DNA of 64,000 nucleotides from an uncultured Christensenella sp. (GTDB lineage: Bacteria > Bacillota > Clostridia > Christensenellales > UBA3700): positions 192,738-256,737 of the forward strand of contig CASERZ010000001.1 of the NCBI GenBank assembly GCA_949290515.1, read 5' to 3'. Of the stretch, positions 10,804 through 20,516 are shown piece after piece (position 1 is the stretch's first letter; every line of letters begins with the position of its first letter). The notes below the pieces were generated by a model that had not been told where the DNA came from, did no database searches, and saw only the letters and a program-made list of their open reading frames with translations. The position numbers and the translations under genes were made by a program.

Positions 10804-12417
10804 ATGGAATTCAATATGAATTGCTTGAATTTTCTCCTTGGGGTAGATGCAGGTATTGTAGTGCTTATATCCGTACTTTTCGCGCTTGCAGGCATAGGCG
10901 GCGGTATAGGTATTGGCATTTTGATATACAAGGCTTATACGAAAAAAACAGTCGGTGGAGTAAAAGACGAATGCGAGCGAATGAAGAGAGAAGCTCGCGA
11001 GGAATCTAAGACTTATCTCAAGGAAGCAAAAATCGAAGCAAAAGAAGAACAGCACAGACTTCGCAAGGAGTTTGAAAGAGAGTCCAAAGAGCAAAAGGCG
11101 GAAATAGCTAGAAACGAACAGCGCGTCGCTCAGAGAGAAGACCAGCTTGTCAAGAGAGAACTGGCTATCGACAAAAAGTCTGATGCCGTGGACGAAAAGA
11201 AAAAACAATTAGAAGACAAAGAGAAAGAACTCGAAAATATCGAGCAGGAATTGCAGAGTGCGCATTCTAAGATGCTCGAGGAACTCGAAAAAGTTGCTAA
11301 GCTCACGCAGGACGAAGCAAAAGACATACTGATGAACGAGCTTATAGACGACGTCAAAAAGTATGCGGCAGTAACTGCAAAAGAGATTGAGCAAAAAGCT
11401 AAAGACGAGGCGGAAAAGAAGGCTAAAAATATCGTGGGTATGGCTATTCAGAGATGTGCAGCCGACCACGCTTCCGAAATAGCGGTATCGGTTGTCCAGC
11501 TTCCCAATGAGGATATGAAGGGCAGACTGATAGGCAGAGTGGGTAGAAATATCCGTGCGATAGAGAATTCAACGGGTGTTGATTTGATTATAGACGATAC
11601 TCCGGACGTAGTAACCGTTTCCGGATTCGACCCCGTAAGAAGAGAAATCGCAAAACTTACTATCGAAAGACTTGTAGCGGACGGTAGAATACACCCCGCA
11701 AAGATAGAAGAAACCGTAGAAAAAGTCAAGAGAGAAATCGAACAGCAGATGAAAGAAGCGGGCGAAAACGCTGCTTTCGACGCAAATGTATACGGTTTGC
11801 ATCCCGAAATCATCAAGCTTTTGGGCAGACTTAAATACCGTACCAGCTACGGACAAAACGTACTCAATCACTCGCTCGAGGTAAGTTATCTCGCGGGAAT
11901 GATGGCGGCTGAGTTGGGAGCGGACGTTAAGATTGCCAAGCGTGCGGGATTGTTGCACGATATAGGTAAAGCGGTAGACCACGAAGTTGAGGGTACCCAC
12001 GTAAGCATAGGTGTGGAAATCGCTAAGAAGTTCAAAGAACAAAGAGCGGTAATTCACGCTATAGAGGCGCACCACGGAGACGTAGAGCCTACCACGCTCG
12101 AAGCTATTATCGTACAAGCGGCAGACGCAATATCCGGCGCAAGACCCGGAGCGAGAAGAGAGTCACTCGAAAATTACGTCAAGAGACTGGAGAAACTCGA
12201 AGGCGTTGCTAATTCCTTTGAGGGCGTCGAACAGTCGTACGCAATTCAGGCGGGCAGAGAAATCAGAGTTATCGTCAAGCCTGAAGTCATTGACGACGAA
12301 GCTACGACCTTTATGGCAAAGGATATCGCAAAGAAGATTGAAGCGGAACTCGAGTATCCCGGTCAGATTAAGGTCAACGTAATAAGAGAAGTAAGACAAG
12401 TCGAATATGCAAAATAG
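10804..12417 (+). CDS. rny: Ribonuclease Y
   Basis: N-terminal TM helix, charged coiled-coil, KH domain ([11 protein letters not shown]) and HD domain (LLHDIGKA). AAGGAGG Shine-Dalgarno 5 nt upstream. Confidence 0.95.
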   Translation: MEFNMNCLNFLLGVDAGIVVLISVLFALAGIGGGIGIGILIYKAYTKKTVGGVKDECERMKREAREESKTYLKEAKIEAKEEQHRLRKEFERESKEQKAEIARNEQRVAQREDQLVKRELAIDKKSDAVDEKKKQLEDKEKELENIEQELQSAHSKMLEELEKVAKLTQDEAKDILMNELIDDVKKYAAVTAKEIEQKAKDEAEKKAKNIVGMAIQRCAADHASEIAVSVVQLPNEDMKGRLIGRVGRNIRAIENSTGVDLIIDDTPDVVTVSGFDPVRREIAKLTIERLVADGRIHPAKIEETVEKVKREIEQQMKEAGENAAFDANVYGLHPEIIKLLGRLKYRTSYGQNVLNHSLEVSYLAGMMAAELGADVKIAKRAGLLHDIGKAVDHEVEGTHVSIGVEIAKKFKEQRAVIHAIEAHHGDVEPTTLEAIIVQAADAISGARPGARRESLENYVKRLEKLEGVANSFEGVEQSYAIQAGREIRVIVKPEVIDDEATTFMAKDIAKKIEAELEYPGQIKVNVIREVRQVEYAK

Positions 12418-12445
12418 TTCGCTTTAAATCTCGTTAATTGTTTTT

Positions 12446-12472
12446 GGGAGTACCTATGGTACTCCCTTTTTC
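12446..12472 (+). terminator. Rho-independent terminator after rny
   Basis: GGGAGTACC / GGTACTCCC stem followed by TTTTT. Confidence 0.8.
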
Positions 12473-12502
12473 TTTGGCATTATATCGCTTTGGAGGTATT
12501 TG

Positions 12503-13126
12503 TCAGAACAAAATCTTTGCCGTCACGAAAGGATAAAGCAAAGTGTGTATGAGAATAACGCAACTCGAAATGCCTATTAACGCAAGCGTAAAAGTCAGCA
12601 TTTTTTTGAGCGTTATAGGGCAATGGTCATTGCAATAGAAATAGTTTGAGTTAATATAGCATACCGTCGTTACGACTACCGCCACAAATACTGTAAATAT
12701 CGGTACGTAAAACAATATCGTGTTGAGTATATTCAAAACGAGTGAATACTGCCAGCTTCCGACAATGTTTACTGCCAGTCGGTAGGCAATGAAAGTTACG
12801 AGAAAATAAAGACACGCAAAAGTGTATTTTTTGCGATACGTAATCATTGATGTAAATGCCGTACCCATATTAAGAAGCACATACTCAAGCGATACTTTGA
12901 TATACGAGTATTCGCCTTGAGTGAGCAGATAATAGTAATTGTCGTGCGTAATTCCGCTCTCGTAATTGAGTACGATAAAAAGCGAGATTGCAAATACCGT
13001 AAGGTAAAGCAAATAAAAGGTGAGCAAAAACACCCTGTTTGAAGAGCAGTAGCGTTTTGCCCAGTCGAAAAGGTCGCGACACGTCGCGTGCGTTCTTTTA
13101 AAATTGCGTATTTTGTCCTTCAACAT
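12503..13126 (-). CDS. Hypothetical polytopic membrane protein (about 5 TM); only a weak SpoIIM-like resemblance
   Basis: Hydrophobic segments after a basic N-terminus. AAGGT Shine-Dalgarno. Lies 53 nt downstream of the Spo0A-C-like gene on the same strand. No diagnostic motif recognised. Confidence 0.5.
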   Translation of the reverse strand: MLKDKIRNFKRTHATCRDLFDWAKRYCSSNRVFLLTFYLLYLTVFAISLFIVLNYESGITHDNYYYLLTQGEYSYIKVSLEYVLLNMGTAFTSMITYRKKYTFACLYFLVTFIAYRLAVNIVGSWQYSLVLNILNTILFYVPIFTVFVAVVVTTVCYINSNYFYCNDHCPITLKKMLTFTLALIGISSCVILIHTLLYPFVTAKILF

Positions 13127-13179
13127 AATCTACCTTGTAATAAAGGATATTACATTAAAAGACAATTTATGACACGCAA

Positions 13180-13521
13180 TTACTCTATGAGTCTAAGTAA
13201 TATTTTGTCGCAGATATGCAGTATCAGCTGTTTTGCCGTAGGCTTTCCTTTATTCATATCTATCGTATTGCCGAATTCTTTGTAAAGAGTGTCTATATCG
13301 CCGTCCAGCCACGCTTTTGAGATGCAGTTTTGTATATTCTTGTCTATACTCCATTGCGATTTGTGATATTTTTCGCTGAGATTGCGGTAGCCTTTTTGTT
13401 TGAGTGGGAGTATGTTGGTACCGCTTATATACATATCAATCAATTCGTATATGTATTTGTATCCGAGACTTTGAGGCTTAAGACCTATTGCCAGCATATA
13501 TTCGTAAATCAATCTTTCCAT
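13180..13521 (-). CDS. Spo0A C-terminal (DNA-binding) domain protein without a receiver domain
   Basis: Aligns by eye to the Spo0A effector domain: GYKYIYELI vs GYLYLREAI; SIDKNIQNCISKAWLDGDIDTLYKEFGNTIDMNKGKPTAKQLI vs [43 protein letters not shown]. Confidence 0.8.
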   Translation of the reverse strand: MERLIYEYMLAIGLKPQSLGYKYIYELIDMYISGTNILPLKQKGYRNLSEKYHKSQWSIDKNIQNCISKAWLDGDIDTLYKEFGNTIDMNKGKPTAKQLILHICDKILLRLIE

Positions 13522-13598
13522 AGCTATATTCTATCCTATAAGGTATAAAGTATAATGGCTTTAATTGTATTATATTCGCACATTTTGATATTTATTCA

Positions 13599-13627
13599 GA
13601 ATATTTTTATCCGATATATACACACTA
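13599..13627 (+). promoter_or_regulatory. Candidate forespore (sigma-G/F type) promoter for the DD-carboxypeptidase
   Basis: GAATA-N17-CACACTA compared with the remembered consensus GHATR-N17/18-CATxxTA. About 20 nt upstream of the start codon. Confidence 0.35.
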
Positions 13628-13646
13628 CAAGAAAACGGAGGAATAT

Positions 13647-14828
13647 ATGAAAAAGAAGATTTTTATTTTTGCTTTATTCGTCTTTATGTTGGCGGCGGTG
13701 TTTATACCTGTGGGTATGAAACAGAGTGTAAGTGCATTCGCAGAAACCTACTATGACGAATCGCAATCGGCCATAAAGTCCAACGGTTTCGGAGAATATC
13801 TTACGGAATATAACAGCGGAAAAGTATTGTATTCTTACAACGCTGACGCAAAACACGAAATTGCCAGTATGGTAAAAATAATGACAGCCAATTTGGTATT
13901 CGAAGCCATAGACGAGGGAAAACTTTCGCTTGACGAGAAGATTTGCATATCCCCCGAAGCTGCAGGTATGGGCGGAAGTCAGATGTTTCTTGACAGCGGA
14001 GCGGAATACAGCGTAAACGACCTGATAAAAGGTGTAATCGTCGTATCGGCTAACGATGCGTCTTACGCGCTTGCAGAAAGAATTGCGGGCAGTGCCGATG
14101 CCTTTGTGTCTCTTATGAACAAAAGGGCTAAGGAACTCGATATGAAGAATACCTTGTTTGTAAATTGCACTGGACTTCCTAGCGAAAAGGAACAGTACAG
14201 TACGGCTAAAGACGTCAATATTATGACAAGGCAGCTTATGTCGCATCCTAAGTATTTCGAATATGCAAGTATATGGATGCAAGACTATACGCATCCGTCG
14301 GGCAGAGTTACTCAGCTTGTAAATACCAACAAGCTTCTCAAACAGTACAACGGCTGTATAGGAGGAAAAACGGGATATACCGACAAGGCGGGACACTGCT
14401 TGTCTGCTTGCGCGTCAAGAAACAATCTCAAAGTAGTTGCGACAATCGTAGGCGGTACGGACAGCAAATCGAGATTTAATCAGGTAAGAGTTATGTTCGA
14501 TTACGCTTTTGCAAATTACGTAAACAAGGTTTACTATAAGCAAGGCGAAGTCGTGGGAAGCATAGACGTCAAGAAATCTCCCGTAAAATCTATAGAAGTT
14601 GCGCTTAAAGACAGTATTACGCATTTTGCAAAAGTCGGCGCAAACGTACAGGATATAGAGCTTACTTTGCCCTCGTCCTTAAAAGCTCCAATCAAAAAGG
14701 GAGACGTAGTGGGTCAAGCGACTTACACTTATGAGGGTAAGGAATTTAAAGTAGACTTAATAGCGTTGCAGGATGCGAAAAAAAGCGGTTTTCTCGATTT
14801 TATCAAGGATATAACTTCAAAATGGTAA
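13647..14828 (+). CDS. D-alanyl-D-alanine carboxypeptidase (S11, PBP5/DacF-like)
   Basis: Signal peptide; SxxK (SMVKIMT), SxN (SANDA) and KTG (KTGYT) motifs. GGAGG Shine-Dalgarno. Confidence 0.88.
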   Translation: MKKKIFIFALFVFMLAAVFIPVGMKQSVSAFAETYYDESQSAIKSNGFGEYLTEYNSGKVLYSYNADAKHEIASMVKIMTANLVFEAIDEGKLSLDEKICISPEAAGMGGSQMFLDSGAEYSVNDLIKGVIVVSANDASYALAERIAGSADAFVSLMNKRAKELDMKNTLFVNCTGLPSEKEQYSTAKDVNIMTRQLMSHPKYFEYASIWMQDYTHPSGRVTQLVNTNKLLKQYNGCIGGKTGYTDKAGHCLSACASRNNLKVVATIVGGTDSKSRFNQVRVMFDYAFANYVNKVYYKQGEVVGSIDVKKSPVKSIEVALKDSITHFAKVGANVQDIELTLPSSLKAPIKKGDVVGQATYTYEGKEFKVDLIALQDAKKSGFLDFIKDITSKW

Positions 14829-14853
14829 ACCGTCAAATATCAGAACTCTTATG

Positions 14854-14892
14854 CGGGAAGACGTGGCACTGTCTTCCCGTATTTTGTGTTTA
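14854..14892 (+). terminator. Rho-independent terminator
   Basis: CGGGAAGAC / GTCTTCCCG stem followed by a T-rich tail. Confidence 0.7.
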
Positions 14893-14966
14893 TCTGTAAA
14901 ATAAGCGTATAAAATAATAGAAAAGAGGGTAAAAAGCCTTGAAAAGCTTTTAAATCGGGTATATCG

Positions 14967-14995
14967 TTGACTTGCGGATTAATATTTATTATAAT
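14967..14995 (+). promoter_or_regulatory. Sigma-A type promoter for the M50 protease/scpAB unit
   Basis: TTGACT (14967-14972), 17-nt spacer, TATAAT (14990-14995). Confidence 0.55.
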
Positions 14996-15020
14996 ATAAA
15001 TATAAAGGTTAAAAACAATT

Positions 15021-15767
15021 ATGTTTAATTTTATACTCAGTCTGGTAAATCAGAATGCCACGTTTGCGATAGTAGTACTGGGCATTCTGGCGTATATAAT
15101 AGCTCTTGTGGTCGCAATTGTCGGTCACGAGCTTTCACACGGATTTATCGCGTATAAAAACGGCGATTTAACGGCAAAATTTCTCGGTAGACTTTCTTTA
15201 AATCCTATCAAACATTTTGATTTGATGGGTTTCGGACTTATGTTGCTCGTGGGATTCGGTTGGGCAAAACCCGTGCCTATCGACCCTAGAAACTTCAAAA
15301 ATTACAAAAAAGGTATGATAATGACTTCGCTTGCGGGAGTTACGTTTAACTTCCTTGTGGCGTTCATAAGCGCGCTTTTATTTGCTATATTTACAAAGGC
15401 TACGCAAAATCTTACTTTTACGGAGCCTAATGCGCTGTATTGTTTTTTGATGTTTATCAGCTTTTTGTTGCAGCTGTCTATCACTTTTAATCTCACTCTT
15501 ATGGCGTTTAACCTTTTGCCTATTTATCCTTTGGACGGATTCAGAGTTGTTGAGACGCTTACAAAACCTGACAATGCTTACGTGAACTTTATGTATAAAT
15601 ACGGTTCTTACGTAATGCTTGCGTTTTTGCTGATAAGTTTTACTCTCGGAAGGATTGTACCTCAGCTGGATATTCTCTCAAGCTATATCCTTTGGGTGCA
15701 GAAAATTATAACGTGGCTTTTCGATAAAATCTTCGGACTTACCTTCGGGGCTTTCGGCTGGCTATAA
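15021..15767 (+). CDS. Site-2 protease family (M50) membrane zinc metalloprotease
   Basis: HELSH zinc motif within a TM helix and a downstream LPIYPLDG motif; multi-TM. Confidence 0.8.
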   Translation: MFNFILSLVNQNATFAIVVLGILAYIIALVVAIVGHELSHGFIAYKNGDLTAKFLGRLSLNPIKHFDLMGFGLMLLVGFGWAKPVPIDPRNFKNYKKGMIMTSLAGVTFNFLVAFISALLFAIFTKATQNLTFTEPNALYCFLMFISFLLQLSITFNLTLMAFNLLPIYPLDGFRVVETLTKPDNAYVNFMYKYGSYVMLAFLLISFTLGRIVPQLDILSSYILWVQKIITWLFDKIFGLTFGAFGWL

Positions 15768-15784
15768 TGTGAACACGGTGAAAA

Positions 15785-16591
15785 ATGAGCAACTTCTTTG
15801 AAAAACACGCTACTGAAAACGTAATACTCAATATAAGCGATTTTGACGGACCAATCGAATTGCTCTATCAACTTATTGTAGTTGAGGGAAAATACGATAT
15901 CCGTACTTTTCCGCTTGCCGAGATTACAGGGCAATATATGGCGCATATGGAGCAAATTGATAAGCTCGATATGGAAGAAGCAAGCGAATACATAAAAATA
16001 GCGGCTACGTTGTTGGAAATCAAAGCAAGAGCTTGTCTGCCCAGAGTTGAGGAAGAGGAGGAGATAGAAGACTTCGGAGACGACCCTGAGGAAGAACTCA
16101 GAAGAAAGATTATGATGTTTCAGCTGTGTCAGGAGCAAGCTGTTAAGCTCAAAGACCTCGAAACTCTCAATAAGTTCTATCGCAAGCCTAAATTCACCAA
16201 TGCAGACGCAGTTATCGTAGTCAATGACTTTTCCTTTGATAAACTTATTGAGGCTTACGGAAAGCTGCTTTTGCGTGTAATAGAGAAAGAACAACGTATG
16301 GTTACCAAGAAAATACAGAAAGACAGATTTACGGTAGCCGACAAGATAGAATATATATCAAAGTATATAATCGAAAACAAAAGCGTAGCTTTCAGCAAGC
16401 TTTTCGAGGAAGATATAACCAAGAGCGAGGTTATCACTACTTTTCAGGCTTTGCTGGAGCTTATGAAAAAACAGATTGTAAAAGCCGTTCAAAAGGACTT
16501 TGCGGACGATATTTACATATCCGTAAACGAAGACCTCGACCAGGAAAAAGTCGATATTCAGGAATTGAAAAAGACGGAGGAGAATTATTGA
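15785..16591 (+). CDS. scpA: Segregation and condensation protein A
   Basis: N-terminal FDGPIELLYQLI kleisin motif; immediately followed by scpB. Confidence 0.88.
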   Translation: MSNFFEKHATENVILNISDFDGPIELLYQLIVVEGKYDIRTFPLAEITGQYMAHMEQIDKLDMEEASEYIKIAATLLEIKARACLPRVEEEEEIEDFGDDPEEELRRKIMMFQLCQEQAVKLKDLETLNKFYRKPKFTNADAVIVVNDFSFDKLIEAYGKLLLRVIEKEQRMVTKKIQKDRFTVADKIEYISKYIIENKSVAFSKLFEEDITKSEVITTFQALLELMKKQIVKAVQKDFADDIYISVNEDLDQEKVDIQELKKTEENY

Positions 16592-16592
16592 T

Positions 16593-17369
16593 ATGGAAAA
16601 ATTGCTTGAAACCGTAGAGGCTATAATCTTTGCGGCAGGTGTACCGCTTAAGAGAAGCGATATTCTTAACAGTTTGCCCGATGACGTAAGCAGAAAGCAG
16701 CTCAACGACGTAATAGATAAGCTTGCAAAGAAATACAGCGGAGACAGCGGTATAGTCCTTGACGTATTCAACGATAAGGTGCAATTTGCTTCCAACAGTA
16801 AGTACGGGGAAATCGTAAGCGATATGCTTCGTCCCGTAAGAGAAAAGGAACTATCAAAGATTCTTCTCGAAGTTTTGTCCCTTATTGCTTACAGGCAGCC
16901 TATTACGAGAGGTGAAATAGAGGATTCGAGAGGAGCAAGCGCGGATTATGCGCTGAGTGTGCTTCTTAAAATCAATTTGATAAAGACTTGCGGCTATAAG
17001 GATGCTCCGGGAAAACCTCTGCTTTACGGTACTACGGATGAATTTTTGAAGAAATTCGAACTGAAGAGTATTGACGATTTGCCTGATTACGACGAAATTA
17101 TGAGAAGACTCGTAGAATTCAGCAACTACAACATTCAGACTGAGGGGTTGTACAGAGAAAGGACGATAAGCGCAACTTTTGACGATGAGCAAGCTTCTAA
17201 GGAACTGGACGAAATGATGGATATGCAGGAGATTCCCGAATTCTTGCAAGGTGAAGACTTGCAAAGGGTACAGGGCGACGGAGACGAATACGTGGAAAGA
17301 GAAGCGGCTAGCGATATCGCGCCCGAGCAAATCGAAGAAGACGAAGAGGGTGGAGAGTTGCCTATCTAA
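16593..17369 (+). CDS. scpB: Segregation and condensation protein B, with an acidic C-terminal extension
   Basis: EAIIFAAGVPL motif and tandem winged-helix pattern (IAYRQPITRGEIE). Adjacent to scpA. Confidence 0.88.
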   Translation: MEKLLETVEAIIFAAGVPLKRSDILNSLPDDVSRKQLNDVIDKLAKKYSGDSGIVLDVFNDKVQFASNSKYGEIVSDMLRPVREKELSKILLEVLSLIAYRQPITRGEIEDSRGASADYALSVLLKINLIKTCGYKDAPGKPLLYGTTDEFLKKFELKSIDDLPDYDEIMRRLVEFSNYNIQTEGLYRERTISATFDDEQASKELDEMMDMQEIPEFLQGEDLQRVQGDGDEYVEREAASDIAPEQIEEDEEGGELPI

Positions 17370-17512
17370 GGTTTTGTGCCGCTAAAGCCGTGCGATAACA
17401 AATATATCGAATATTGATGCTATTGAGCGGTATTTGCTTTAAAATAATATAAATTAAATCCTATTACAAATTAAACTGGTTTATAAACGAATAAAATGCA
17501 CACTATAGCGAT

Positions 17513-18136
17513 ATGGTGTGCATTAATGTTTTATTCGGATTTTTGTTGACGGTTTATACGGTAATCGTTTTTACCGCGTACGGTTTCAGATTTAACTTAA
17601 GAGCTGACTATAACAATTTATCGGTCTGCATAAGGATTTACGTTTTTGAATGGATTGAGATTGCTTCGCTTGACATATTTGTATGTCAAGGCAAGTTTAT
17701 ATATTCGTTGAGCGGAGGGGAGTTTAAGACGTTGAGTATAAAGAATGGGAAAACTTCAAAAAAAGAAGAGGAATCGGAAAATAAAGAGCAAAAAGAGATA
17801 AAGACCGATTATCTGTCAATGTTTAAAAATGCAATAGCGGATATACCTGAGATATCCTTGAGAAGCTTTTATATAGGATATTCGCTTAGCGGAGAAGACG
17901 AGATGAAAAATGCGCTTTACGGCGGGGCAATAAATACAATCACAGCTATGATAAAGGGGGTGCTTTCTGACAAATTAAAAATCCGAAATTGCATTACGGA
18001 AGATATATCGTCAAACGGCATTTTTAAGGGTGTGACGGTAGATGCCGTTATAGGTTTTTCTATATTCAAAATACTTTTTTATATAATGCATATAATAACG
18101 CTGAAAAGAAAATTTAAGAGCGTAAAATACGCTTGA
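17513..18136 (+). CDS. Hypothetical membrane protein, YtfI/DUF2953-like (by context)
   Basis: N-terminal TM segment. Sits directly upstream of a ytfJ-like gene, as ytfI does in Bacillus. No Shine-Dalgarno seen. Confidence 0.5.
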   Translation: MVCINVLFGFLLTVYTVIVFTAYGFRFNLRADYNNLSVCIRIYVFEWIEIASLDIFVCQGKFIYSLSGGEFKTLSIKNGKTSKKEEESENKEQKEIKTDYLSMFKNAIADIPEISLRSFYIGYSLSGEDEMKNALYGGAINTITAMIKGVLSDKLKIRNCITEDISSNGIFKGVTVDAVIGFSIFKILFYIMHIITLKRKFKSVKYA

Positions 18137-18152
18137 ATAAGGAGAAAAGTAT

Positions 18153-18521
18153 ATGGACAATTCGTTGCAAGAAATAATGAATAACACATTGGATAATCTT
18201 AAAGGCATAGTACAAAGCGAAGATATGATTTTCAAGCCTATTTATATTGACAATAATACAATGGCAATCCCGTTGTCTAAAGTTTCCGTCGGATTCGTAA
18301 GCGGCGGCGGAGGAGGGGAGATAAAAAACATTAAAGATTCGAAGAGTAATATCGAGCCTTACGCGGGAGGCGGAGGCGGAGGAATTTCAATTGCACCTCT
18401 CGGATTTTTGGTCGTTTCCAACAATAAGCCTGTACTTGTAAAAATGGACGATAAGTCTACGGGCGAAAAGTGGAGAGATTTGTTTAATGCTACTTTAAAT
18501 CTTGTAAAGGATAGAAAATGA
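18153..18521 (+). CDS. ytfJ: Sporulation protein YtfJ/GerW family
   Basis: PLSKVSVGFVSGGGGGE ... YAGGGGGGISIAPLGFLVV glycine-rich repeats typical of the family. AAGGAG Shine-Dalgarno. Confidence 0.8.
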   Translation: MDNSLQEIMNNTLDNLKGIVQSEDMIFKPIYIDNNTMAIPLSKVSVGFVSGGGGGEIKNIKDSKSNIEPYAGGGGGGISIAPLGFLVVSNNKPVLVKMDDKSTGEKWRDLFNATLNLVKDRK

Positions 18522-19831
18522 TGGGTAAATACTTCTCAATTAAGACGATAAATAAAATTATACTATTCTCAATAGCCATTATAATTCTGAATATTGTAGT
18601 TTTTCAAGCATCGCAAGCGGTTTTTAAGTTGACAAGCGATATCGAAGAATTTTTTACTGAGAGAGATAACAATCTCTATGACGACGTATATGGCGGCAAT
18701 GATAACGCATATTCTGACGATGCTTTTTCAGTCAATAAAACTTCTTCTTACGTCGTGCTTGAAGCTTCTACTAAAAGAGTCCTTGACGGCTCTAACAAAG
18801 ACGTAAAAATGGAAATGGCGAGTACTACCAAAATTATGACGGCTCTTGTAGTTTTGGAAAATTGCGATTTGGACAAAGAAATAGAAATCCCCAAAGAAGC
18901 GGTAGGAGTTGAGGGTTCGTCGATATATTTACAGCAAAATCAAATATGGACAATTCGGGACTTGTTGTACGGGCTTATGTTGAGAAGCGGTAATGACTCG
19001 GCGGTTGCTTTGGCGATAGCTTGCGCGGGCAATGTCGAGGCTTTTGTCGATATGATGAATGCAAAGGCAAAAGAGCTGAATCTCGTCAATACTCATTTTG
19101 ACAATCCGCACGGTTTGCACTCGGATACTCACTATACTTCGGCATACGATTTGGCAGTACTTTCCGCTTGCGCTATGCAAAACGAAGAGTTTGTGAAAAT
19201 AGTGTCTTCCAAGTCTTATGTTGCGGAAGCTAACGAAACTCACGACAAACAGTATTTTGTGAATAAAAACAAAATGCTTTCTTCTTACGACGGCGCAAAC
19301 GGCATAAAGACAGGATATACTACCGCATCGGGACGCTGCCTTGTGTCTGCGGCTAAGCGCGACGGTATGCAGCTTGTATGCGTAGTCCTCAATTGCTACG
19401 ATATGTGGAATGCGTGCGCGAATTATATGGATAAAGCTTTTGTCAAGTATACTCCCGTAAATATTGCGCGCAAAGGCGACGTTGCCGCCGATATTCAAAT
19501 AGGAGGCAAGCAGTATTCGCTGGCATTTGACAATTCGCTGACCGTTCCGCTTAAAAGCGACGACGATATAGAGTGTACGGGCTATTTCGATATAAAAGAA
19601 AATATTCAGGTTCCCGTCGCTAAAGGCTCCGTCGTGGGTAAAATACTCTTTTATAACGATAATCGTTTGCTTTTTAGCGTAAATATTGTTAATATAGAAG
19701 AAATTAATGACGCAGGAGTTTTGCAAGTGCTTAAAAACTTTGTAGGCAATTGGCACGCAAGTTACAACGATGGAGAGGTTAAACAAATATTTAGCGTCGG
19801 CGGGAGCGGCATCGAGAAGAGGTGCGGATAA
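18518..19831 (+). CDS. dacB: D-alanyl-D-alanine carboxypeptidase (S11), DacB-like by synteny
   Basis: SxxK (ASTTKIMT), SxN (SGNDSA) and KTG (KTGYT) motifs. ATGA overlap with ytfJ. Context scpA-scpB-..-dacB-rluB as in B. subtilis. Confidence 0.85.
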   Translation: MMGKYFSIKTINKIILFSIAIIILNIVVFQASQAVFKLTSDIEEFFTERDNNLYDDVYGGNDNAYSDDAFSVNKTSSYVVLEASTKRVLDGSNKDVKMEMASTTKIMTALVVLENCDLDKEIEIPKEAVGVEGSSIYLQQNQIWTIRDLLYGLMLRSGNDSAVALAIACAGNVEAFVDMMNAKAKELNLVNTHFDNPHGLHSDTHYTSAYDLAVLSACAMQNEEFVKIVSSKSYVAEANETHDKQYFVNKNKMLSSYDGANGIKTGYTTASGRCLVSAAKRDGMQLVCVVLNCYDMWNACANYMDKAFVKYTPVNIARKGDVAADIQIGGKQYSLAFDNSLTVPLKSDDDIECTGYFDIKENIQVPVAKGSVVGKILFYNDNRLLFSVNIVNIEEINDAGVLQVLKNFVGNWHASYNDGEVKQIFSVGGSGIEKRCG

Positions 19832-20483
19832 ACTCATTGCCGAAGGCAAAGTTAAGGTCAACGGTAAAGTAGTTACGGAATTAGGCACCGTTATTAACGA
19901 AAAAAACGATACCGTTAGCGTAAACGACGTAATTGTAAAAGCAGAAAATAAGTTGAGTTACGTTATGTTTTATAAGCCTAAAGGCTGTATTACTACCGTA
20001 AGCGACGATAAGGGAAGAAAGACTATCTACGATTATCTCGAGGATTTGAACGTACCTCATCTTATTCCCGTAGGACGTCTGGATTACGATACCGAAGGCT
20101 TGCTTATTATGACCAACGACGGTGACCTTGCGTATAAGCTTACTCACCCCAGCTACGAAGTGCCTAAAACTTATCTCGTAAAAGTAAACGGGGAGATGCC
20201 CGAGCATAAGCTCGCTCAATTGAGAAAGGGCGTTGAAGTTGACGGAGAAAAGACCAAAAGAGCAAGAGTAAAGCTTTTGGAATACAAGGACGACGTATCT
20301 AAATTGCAGATTACTATCACCGAGGGAAAGAATCGTCAGATAAGAAAGATGCTCGAAGCTGTCGAAAGGGAAGTAATTTTCCTAAAGCGCATCGCAATCG
20401 GCGATTTGAGACTAGGCGGGCTTGCGAGAGGCGGATACAGATTTCTCAACGATTTCGAAGTAGAATATCTCAAAAGACTTTAA
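19770..20483 (+). CDS. rluB: 23S rRNA pseudouridine synthase, RluB/RsuA family
   Basis: N-terminal S4 domain (RLNKYLASAGAASRRGADKLIAEGKVKVNG) and catalytic GRLDYDTEGLL motif. Confidence 0.9.
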   Translation: MERLNKYLASAGAASRRGADKLIAEGKVKVNGKVVTELGTVINEKNDTVSVNDVIVKAENKLSYVMFYKPKGCITTVSDDKGRKTIYDYLEDLNVPHLIPVGRLDYDTEGLLIMTNDGDLAYKLTHPSYEVPKTYLVKVNGEMPEHKLAQLRKGVEVDGEKTKRARVKLLEYKDDVSKLQITITEGKNRQIRKMLEAVEREVIFLKRIAIGDLRLGGLARGGYRFLNDFEVEYLKRL

Positions 20484-20490
20484 AAAATTC

Positions 20491-20516
20491 AGGTCGGCAT
20501 AAAGCCGACCTTTTTC
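20491..20516 (+). terminator. Rho-independent terminator after rluB
   Basis: AGGTCGGC / GCCGACCT stem followed by TTTT. Confidence 0.8.
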
